A DNA stretch of 64,000 nt, taken from assembly GCA_051530055.1 (NCBI GenBank), contig CM121342.1, forward strand, positions 14,337,480 through 14,401,479. The letters are read 5' to 3'. Positions 41,515-50,066 of this stretch are shown here, piece after piece. Within the stretch, counting starts at the first letter, position 1; each line of letters starts with the position of its first letter. Origin of the DNA: Neoechinorhynchus agilis. Taxonomy: Eukaryota > Animalia > Acanthocephala. The position numbers were made by a program, and so were the translations under genes. The notes beneath the pieces are model-generated. The model was not told the DNA's origin and ran no database searches. It saw only the letters and a program-made list of their open reading frames with translations.

Positions 41515-42054
41515 CTGTAGAATGTCGTTTATCTGAATTTATTGGGACCGGACACCATTCAGGTACGGGATTTTTCGGATAACCAAAAACATTGTTGTGT
41601 TCCCTACATTCGGACAACGTGGTTTAAAAACGCAAAACTGTTGTAGAATTATACAATTTTAGCATTATTGTTCAAAATAATATCTAATATTTCTTGGTGT
41701 CGTTGCAAACCTTTTTTTCGCCAACTGTACTATAGACGTTCCGCTTTCGCCTTTCTTAAGACGATTAAATACTTCAAGTTTTGTTTCTGTGTTCAAGACG
41801 TTGCGATTTCATTTAGAATTTGAAACCATAATAGTTCACAACTAACAAAGGAATGCGTTTGTACTGAATTATTCGAAAATAAACGGATCCAATATCCCAC
41901 GCAGATGATTACCAAATCAAGAATTCCCTATCATTAGGGAAAGCGAACTCGCCTTAAAGCATTTTGCGGTTAGAAAACGCACTAATATAAACTTCATGTG
42001 GTCGACAAAAATATATCCGGATAATTAACGTTTGGGATAATTGACGTTTCACTG
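41515..42054 (-). mobile_element. pogo/Tigger-like non-autonomous DNA transposon relic (540 bp), left-arm copy
   Basis: Reverse complement of 45064-45603, with TA at 41513-41514 next to the terminus. Confidence 0.65.
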
Positions 42055-42559
42055 AATGCACCTAATTTCACGAAGCCATAGCAGCCATCTACAATATTTA
42101 TCAAAATACATGTTGTAGTGAGTTGTCTTGCTGTCCAGAGATTATTTTAAATAAGTAAAATTATAGTCGGCTGGGCGATAACTTGTACTTGCAAACAATA
42201 TCGACTGAAGAGGCAAGGAAAACCTTGTGAAATATTTCGAATATAAATGAGTAACGAAAGCACCGGGGGCAGGATTCGCCAACGCACAATTGGCAATAGT
42301 TGAGTATCGGTCGAACCTACGAGAAGGCTGTCTATGTTGAGCAACTCCCTTTTTGATTCCTTGTAATGTCTGAACAATGTAAACCTTCTCACATTGTGAA
42401 CAAGGAATTAAATATACTCAACTCATATGGCTAACCTTCCACAAATTCTGCTCGTTTTAGATGTTGCAGGTCAAACAAAGAGTAAGAGGCGAAGTGATGA
42501 AAAATGTAAATTCTCCTGTTAGAGTCTGAAGATTGCATTCAAGCTTAACCATTTTCGAA

Positions 42560-43260
42560 GTAAATTTCGTTTCCACTACGTAAATTATATCGCTGGGTCT
42601 CCAATTTCAATCAAATTTAAAATGGGATTCGCACATCACACTCTCTCCTTCAAGCTCAACACCTTTAAAATTTATCTCCTCAAACGTCTCTGACATTTAG
42701 GAAACTCTTCACCCGATCTCTACAAATTTTACTTCAGCTTTATTTTATCCTCTCTCACCTACGATTATCCCGTCTTCTGCGGTCTATCCAAATCTCAAAT
42801 CCGTCGTCTTGAAGTGTTTCATAAAAGAGCATCTAAAATTTGCACAACTGACTTCGCCCCGCTCAAAGAGTGCCTTGATACTATTTTTATTAAATAATGA
42901 AAACGCCTCTCAACACTACAACCACAATTTTTACCACATATCACCCCATTTTCACATGAGCACAATACTCGTAATCATAATTCGTTTCATCCTCCTTCGA
43001 ACTCGAATCTGCATCTAACTCCGCTCCTTTTCCCCATTGCCCGATCTTCTCGGATATCATAACAAGAAGTGAACCTGAGGAAAGACCAACCTTACAAACG
43101 CTCCTGCAAACAATATTCGCCATTTCCCACAAGAACGGGCATAACAAGACTTGATATTCTCACCCGAACGAACATCCCCATCCTGAAATGCTCAATCGAA
43201 TAGACTTCCCCAGACCGGACATTCCCACCCGAACTAACATACCAATAGAAATATCCAGAA
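42560..43260 (+). mobile_element. Decayed L2/CR1-like LINE 3' fragment (same type as 26700-28060)
   Basis: NLKWDSHI; IYLLKRL; LYKFYFSFILSSLTYDYPVFCGLSKSQIRRLEVFHKRASKIC. Confidence 0.75.
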
Positions 43261-43936
43261 TATGTATATGTTTATGAGGACCCAAATGTGCATGGGTCTA
43301 ATTTCTTGCTGTTATTATATGACTTAAAGCATTAGATATTATGCGTTTAAATAGTTATGGTACTTAAAGAAACTCTCTTGCCATTATTTCAAAGTTAGCT
43401 ACAATCTTAGAGATACATTTCGAAAGGGTGATACATTGAAAGTGATTGAAATTGACTAAACTTATGCTGAATTTACCGATTCAATAACGCCATCCATGTT
43501 CTAAGCTGTCGGTTGAAATTTCGTCCAATGAGATCAGCTCTGCCTTTTCGAATACTTGGAAAGCGCTTTAACACCTTTGGTATAAATCTCAGCTCTTCCT
43601 CATTTACATCGGCATTCCTCGCTACATGGGGACAATTTAATATGACTATATTTTTTTAATCTCATTTTTTTTATTCTGCGGAATTTTTAGTCGTAAATTT
43701 TACGCTACGTTCATTCCAAAATTGTCAATAAATATTCATGGAATAGTTTGATTGGTTGAACCTGTTAATAAAATTTTTTGTTCAGCTATAAAGGAATTAT
43801 CCCAAGCGAATTTAAACATCTTCATGAAGGCCTTAAAGGTTACTTTTTAAAAAAAACTTATTTTTATCAATAAAAATTTTGTCTGTTTATTTATAGATTT
43901 ACATCGAGATAAATAGAAAGAATAACGCCTTTATCT

Positions 43937-44359
43937 TTATTTCTTTTCTGAGTTCTCGCTTTCAGAATCGCGTTCGATTTGTTCTAATGTCTTCCTGTAT
44001 TTCCGAAACAGCTCACCGGGCTCGATTAATCTGTTCTCGGGCGGTCTTGGAGGCAAATACAAATTTACATAAAATTCAGGCACAAATTGCCGATGGATTT
44101 CCAATCGTTGATAAATTCTAGCACTGAGGGCGTTGTTCAATGCCTGCTTACTTTCAGCACTGAAATGCACAATTCAACGTCTTCTCGAGCAGTACCACAT
44201 TTGAACTGATCGTGGATCTTTTTCAAGGAACTCTGCGATTTTGTTTATTCCCTCCTGATTTCGCATCGAATTTTCTCCGAAGCTAATCTCCAGAAGCGCC
44301 TCCTCCATCTCTGAGAATTGGTCACATCCAAAACATTGATGTTGTCCGTTTTGATCCAT
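43937..44359 (-). pseudogene. Divergent homeobox (POU-like homeodomain) with an in-frame TGA
   Basis: LEISFGENSMRNQEGINKIAEFLEKDPRSVQMWYCSRRR* has homeodomain helix 1-3 spacing with WYCSRR in place of WFCNRR. The same frame continues for ~78 codons after the TGA at 44174-44176. Confidence 0.55.
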
Positions 44360-45063
44360 ATTTTCGGCTTGAGATTAATCCAATAGGGAATTCAATGAGT
44401 AAGTGTCTTAATTGAAAGAAGATACCGTCTTTCAGCTTAACCTCATTCTGATGATCCGCAAATATTTACATATAAACCCTTCTTGTTGGTTAAGCAAAAT
44501 GCTCGGTTGATGTGTACTTGATCAGCGAATTGATAACTGCTCAGTTCTTAAAAACGTCGTCGATTTGTTTAGTAAACTCGAACTGGTTCCGAGATATGGA
44601 TTACTTTTAAATCCGATATCATGAGTGCGATTAATTCTCGTGTTTCGTCTTATGCTCTCTCTTTCGAATTTCTACTAAACAAAAAAACCGGCACTAATGA
44701 TTCAATAACCAATTGTTTTCGAAGCTTGATAGTATGAAACAATCCAGCGAAGAACTTGATCAACTTCTTTGAAATGTCTTTTAAAGTTGAAAATAGTATT
44801 TCGCTCGATAGGCTGTCCTATGTTGAATACTTAAAATAAGTGAATGAGAATATAAAAGCAATAGAAAAACTAAATTGCGCATTTGAAGAAATTGAGCACA
44901 AAGGGTATAGGGTAAATTTGGAAGCAGCAGTTTAGCCGACTATAATTTTGCTTATTCAAAATAATCTCTGGACAGCAAGACAACTCACTACAACATGTAT
45001 TTTGAAAAATATTGTAGATGGCTGCTATGGCTTCGTGTTCAGTTTAAAAAAATTAGGTGCATT

Positions 45064-45603
45064 CAGTGAAACGTCAATTATCCCAAACGTTAATTATCCG
45101 GATATATTTTTGTCGACCACATGAAGTTTATATTAGTGCGTTTTCTAACCGCAAAATGCTTTAAGGCGAGTTCGCTTTCCCTAGTGATAGGGAATTCTTG
45201 ATTTGGTAATCATCTGCGTGGGATATTGGATCCGTTTATTTTCAAATAATTCAGTACAAACGCATTCCTTTGTTAGTTGTGAACTATTATGGTTTCAAAT
45301 TCTAAATGAAATCGCAACGTCTTGAACACAGAAACAAAACTTGAAGTATTTAATCGTCTTGAGAAAGGCGAAAGCGGAACGTCTATAGTACAGTTGGCGG
45401 AAAAAAGGTTTGCAACGACACCAAGAAATATTAGATATTATTTTGAACAATAATGCTAAAATTGTATAATTCTACAACAGTTTTGCGTTTTTAAACCACG
45501 TTGTCCGAATGTAGGGAACACAACAATGTTTTTGGTTATCCGAAAAATCCCGTACCTGAATGGCGTCCGGTCCCAATAAATTCAGATAAACGACATTCTA
45601 CAG
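45064..45603 (+). mobile_element. pogo/Tigger-like non-autonomous DNA transposon relic (540 bp), right-arm copy
   Basis: 5' end CAGTGAAACGTCAATTATCC. 3' end AGATAAACGACATTCTACAG followed by TA (13/20 match to the reverse complement of the 5' end). Internal frame TKLEVFNRLEKGESGTSI resembles the CENP-B/pogo N-terminal HTH. Confidence 0.65.
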
Positions 45604-45605
45604 TA

Positions 45606-47189
45606 CAGAATGCTATACACTATATGCGTTTCTTTGACCGAAGTGGTTTATTCAAGAAGGTCCACGAGGTACTAAAGGTCAACATTGATTGCAATCACAA
45701 AGACAAGATATTGCTTTACGGACAAAATGCCAATATTGCTTTGCAAGAGATTAAAAAGGTTACTGAAAGTATGGGTCAACGCGTTGAAAAGCAAATATAC
45801 GCAAGGGAAGTTCGAGAAGCAGCAGCCTTTGCTGACTTCTTTGTAACGCAAATATATCTAAAGACTTTGAGAGAACAATACCGGGCCCTGGTAGGCACTT
45901 TTCGTGAAAAAGCCGGAAACCCTCTGGATCTAATCCGTGTGTACGGCACCAATACTGACGTGCACATCGTTTATGGACGGATAAACAAAATCGTTGAAGA
46001 TTAAAAGGAAGCGGTTCATATAGAGGTTCAGTTTCCGTCTTCGCTGTCGAACGAAATTTATAGAAATATGAAATTTCATATATTACCAATTATGTTCAAT
46101 TTGGACGTATTAGTCAAATTCCCTTTCGATTTAAATCTTTCGTTGACGGTCTTTGGAAAGAAGTTATTAGAAGCAACAAGAGTGCTCAAAACGTCCAAAA
46201 AATTGTGAAGATTGTCAAGATTCTCTTCTGGTACCATGGGAGTCTAATAGGTCGCGGTGGATCAAATCTTAAAAAAGTTATTAATCAAATTGTATCCATA
46301 GATATCCGCTTTCCGAAAGGAAATGAAGGAGGTGTTATTTTTATAGGAACTGTATCCTCCATTGAGGATGCAGAATGATTAACGCCCAAGATACTTAATT
46401 TAACGGCAACTAAATGGAAACATTCGAAGCATTCAATCAAATCAAATCGATCGCTTAGTGGAAGTTAAAATGAACCAGCGCTCAACAATCATCGGTACTA
46501 ATGGAGAAGCTATAAAAGCGTTAGAAGAAAGGTTCGACGTGGTGATTGTTGCTCCCGATGAGGACGCAGATCCAACGGATAATCAATTTTCGTTACGGGC
46601 CCCAATCTCGTTCAGTGCTCGAAGGCGGTCGAGGAAATAAAAAAATTAATTGGAATAGATTCCGACGCCAAGAACTCAATGAAAACATCCGAAGCATTCA
46701 ATCAAATCGACCGCTTATGATAAGTTAAAATAAACCAGCGCTCAACAATCATCGGTGCAAATGGAGAAGCTATAAAAGCGTTAGAGGGAAGGTTCTACGT
46801 GGTGATTGTTGTTCCCGATGAAAACGCAGATCGAACGGATAATGAATTTTTCGTTAGGGACATCAATCTCTAACAGTGCTCGAAGGCGGTCGAAGAAATA
46901 AAAAAATAAATTGGAATAGATTCAGACGACGAGAACTCAATGGAAACATCCGAAGCATTCAATCAAATCGACCGCTTATGATAAGTTAAAATAAACCAGC
47001 GCTCAACAATCATCGGTACAAATGGAGAAGCTATAAAAGCGTTAGAAGAAAGGTTCGACGTGGTGATTGTTGTTCCCGATGAAAACGCAGATCCAACGGA
47101 TAATCAATGTATTGTTAGGGCCTCAATATCGATCCGTGCTCCAAGGCGATCGAAGAAATAAAAAATTAATTGGAATAGATTCCGACGAC
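45606..47189 (+). pseudogene. Multi-KH-domain (vigilin-like) gene relic, right copy, ending in three ~260-bp KH units
   Basis: Degenerate KH-like segments, in-frame TAA at 46002-46004, a canonical KH loop HGSLIGRGGSNLKKV at ~46235 in another frame, then repeated IIG(T/A)NGEAIKALE units at ~46460, ~46720 and ~46980. Confidence 0.68.
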
Positions 47190-47697
47190 ACCATAATTTT
47201 TTCGTGTGCTTGTCAAATGCTCCATATTCAATTTTTTTCGGACTTTAGTTAAAATCTGCATTTTTCGGTACAGCCTGATAATTCCATCGTCGTTTAACAT
47301 TTCCTTTTCACATCGATCCAACGAACGTAATTTGAAGTTTTCCTTTGATGAATTGGCAAACCGCGGGTAAATACTCAAAATAATAACCAGTTGGCATAAT
47401 ACCCGTACATTTGTGCTCTATGCCGGTGCCGTCTTTTTCATTGCTGATTAAATTGTTGTCCCTTTAGAAAAACCAAAGCTTTCAGAAACTTGTGCCAATA
47501 ATTGCAAAGTCACGTATTTAAGAAAATAGTTTAGTTGATTTTAATAACAAAATATTTTTTGAACGTGGCGTAAATGTTTGTTTAAAGCATGTAGAATTTC
47601 GAAGTATTTTCTTGAATTTATTCGTTAATTACTTTGAAATTTCGAAAGTTGTAATTAAGTCAGATTTTTATTTTTAAGTGCAAACGAAGTATTTCAG

Positions 47698-48153
47698 ATG
47701 TCAAATTTGAAATCTCATCGTGAATGTCTATCAACTGCTTGTCATACATTCGAACAAATAATTCAGGACAATGCTGTATTTGGAGATCTCAGGACACTGA
47801 ATGCGGGAAATATTCGATATTTGGATCCTCAGGATATTGACAGAGCGGCACGCGGTGCATCAATGTGTGCATTTAGTTTAAGGAGGCTGGACGGCACAGT
47901 GCTGCCAACGTTTCACCTTTTAAAGAATGTCGACGGCACCGTAGAATCAAAGAAAATTAGGATTGCGGTACAAAGTGCGATTGAACGTTATTTGAACGGC
48001 CGTTCAGTGAATTGGAAGAGAGTTTGGAGAAGCTACAGTGTCTTTATATCTTCAACGGGACGGACAATCGACCATTCAAGACGTGTGATTTGCCGCAGCG
48101 AGGAATCAATTACCTTTGTAAGGAAAAGAAGAAAGAAGTCTTCTCAGAAATAG
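47698..48153 (+). CDS. SNRNP25: U11/U12 snRNP 25-kDa protein (ubiquitin-like fold), intronless
   Basis: Colinear with the family as I recall it: IIQDNAVFGDL (VVQDPLLCDL), SLRRLDGTVLP (VCKMDGEVMP), AIERY (AIQRY), VNWKRVWRSY (ISWSYVWRTY), ITFVRKRRK (VSFIKKLRQK). Confidence 0.8.
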   Translation: MSNLKSHRECLSTACHTFEQIIQDNAVFGDLRTLNAGNIRYLDPQDIDRAARGASMCAFSLRRLDGTVLPTFHLLKNVDGTVESKKIRIAVQSAIERYLNGRSVNWKRVWRSYSVFISSTGRTIDHSRRVICRSEESITFVRKRRKKSSQK

Positions 48154-48530
48154 GTACATTATGCTAGATGAAATTCTTGAATGTCGACTTGGAGACAATT
48201 ATTCAACGAAATGCTAAAATAAAAAACAAAGCTTTCGTTTATTAACAGAGCCTTTTGGTGTTTTCTTGAACGAAGAGCGAATAAAATTGTTTTTATGAAG
48301 AAAATTTGGTAGATGGCATTATTATTAAGCAAGTGATCAATAAAACGAATATTGAAAAGAGAAATACTCAGCGATAGTCTTGAACTTTTGTCCTGAAGTT
48401 AAGTTGAATATGTGGACGTTCGGTAGTTGGTCACATAAATATTCATTTTATGTATATTTATAATAAATTTAAACTCTACAAAGCCTACAAAGTCCGGTGT
48501 TGGGCGTCTTGTGCTATGCAAAACGGTAAA

Positions 48531-48630
48531 GGGTTCGATCCCCGGGTAATCGAGAACGGCACATTTGATGATGAGCAACGAAGAGTTTGGAAAACTGACT
48601 GATTTACTCTGCGTTAGGTTCTGAAGAATG
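48531..48630 (+). ncRNA. Candidate box C/D snoRNA preceded by a tRNA-type B-box/T-arm
   Basis: GGGTTCGATCCC at 48531-48542; box C ATGATGA 48568-48574; D' CTGA 48595-48598; C'-like TGATTT 48600-48605; box D CTGA 48621-48624; flanking CATT/AATG. No target identified. Confidence 0.35.
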
Positions 48631-49191
48631 CGTCATATAATTGGAATATTTAACCCTCCTCTGTCAATCAATAAAGAGGTCATTGCTGTATGTTAAGTTC
48701 CATGCTTTTGGTCTATGTGAGGCTATGCCAGGGCGCATATAACTTTTTAGCATTCTGGCGGTAATTAAATTACAAATGTTGTAAAAATAAATGTAATTCC
48801 AAACATACACGAGATTGTAGAAAATCTACTATTTTTTTGGATCCAAGTTTACCCATAAATAAATTAAACTGTATAAATCGAATTGAAGCCGAAAGTCGGT
48901 CTTCGCTTGAATCCTGCAAATACGATATCCTCGAACTTGTGTTTTACTTATTCCAGCTTTTCTGAGCCATCACGAGTCTGATCCAGTGTTCCAGCGCGGC
49001 CAAATCGGTAGAATGATACTTCTCCCAGAGGTGCGTGATGTATTAATGTTAAATCCTTCCTTGACTGTAAATCTTAGAATTTCTGACTTTATTGGCCAGT
49101 TCACGAATGTTGAGCTCTTCGAAGATATGAAACACTGCGATGGTGTTATATATAGTTATTTGGAATTGAGGATATTCTTGAGGGACTGCCG

Positions 49192-49890
49192 GTAAAGATA
49201 GCCGTGAGTTTTTTTCATTTTGAATTTTGAATTCATTTTTGAGTTCTAGAAATAAACATTTTCGTCGCTTCCTCTCTTCATCTACCAACTGAATTTGTCA
49301 CAGAAACCCGCCTGTAACTGTAATATTTCGAACATTCGCCTGCTTTTCGATGAACGCAATGTCCACATTCTGCATTGGTTCAATCAAGTGTCTTCTTTTG
49401 GGAACTGTTTGGTCGTGCCTACAACTATTGCTCCAACCAAGATTCCCTCAATAATGAGTTAGAGCTTCTTGTGATTATGCTCAAAAGAAAGGGCTACCGT
49501 ATCTATATGATAAGAAAAGCGACTTGCAGAGTCTTCTATGGAAGGATAGCAGTGCGCCATTTGTCGATGAAGAGTTATTCACTGCAATTCCATGCAGCGA
49601 ATGCAGTAAATCCTACGTAGGCCAAACACAAATTTGGAAAAGAAGAATACAAATATGCGTTGAGGAGGGGTACCGATGCCAGTTCCGCGATACTCAACCA
49701 CTTTGAGCGACCATGCAACTTTATGGACATCGAAAACGCCACTATGTTGGCGCGATTCATTCGCCAGGTTGAAGCAGTTGAATCAAATAAAGCGGACTTC
49801 AAACTGAATCTAAGTACAGCGTTAATGTAGCCGTCCCTACGTGTGGATTTTAGACCTCTCGATAAAGGCACGATATTTCGCCGAAAATGA
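49192..49890 (+). mobile_element. Penelope-like element relic, thumb + GIY-YIG endonuclease; first 307 bp duplicate 37932-38237
   Basis: LFGRAYNYCSNQDSLNNELELL..KRKGY; IPCSECSKSYVGQT (GIY-YIG motif YIGQT); TTMLARF..RQVEAVESN. Confidence 0.8.
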
Positions 49891-50066
49891 AATATTTTAA
49901 CTCTTCAGGTCAAAAGGATGAACACAGTTTAAAGTAGTAATAGACTTACTGATATGCTCAAGGATACCACGCCTAGATTCGCTTTCGTTCGAGACACCAC
50001 ATTCTGCCCTTGACGTTAACGTTCTGAGATGTATAAAGAATGCGATAAGCGGATTCGCATTCTTCG

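Larger units (their letters stand above)
38238..42172 (-). repeat. Left arm of a long inverted duplication (partner 44934-~46745); contains a 1,877-bp segment (39637-41513) absent from the right arm
   Basis: ORF 39237-39617(-) equals the C-terminal part of ORF 45501-46004(+) with one aa difference. ORF 41333-41617(-) shares the N-terminus. Non-coding 41620-42172 is the reverse complement of 44934-45500 with few differences. Confidence 0.95.
44934..47189 (+). repeat. Right arm of the inverted duplication (mirror to ~46745, then extra KH units to ~47189)
   Basis: See left arm; the inner boundary motif AGCCGACTATAATTTT at 44934 pairs with 42157-42172. Confidence 0.93.

Noticed and set aside
39631-41515. 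Left-arm-specific segment as a GT-AG intron imprecisely lost in the right arm; its empty site GTACAG matches the reconstructed empty site of the PLC-X intron
   Set aside because: The GT is the last base of the pogo terminus plus the T of its TA, so the upstream sequence is not an exon. The shared hexamer is most simply coincidence with n=2.
42173-42240. SWIM zinc finger (CTCKQY...PCE) suggesting a MULE relic
   Set aside because: The fourth ligand His is absent and there is no supporting transposase sequence.
46002-46004. Stop-codon reassignment (TAA read through in the KH ORF; TGA in the homeobox)
   Set aside because: TAA, TAG and TGA all terminate well-supported genes in this window (PCBD, ABCC, LAP, PCBP); nearby frameshifts indicate pseudogenisation.
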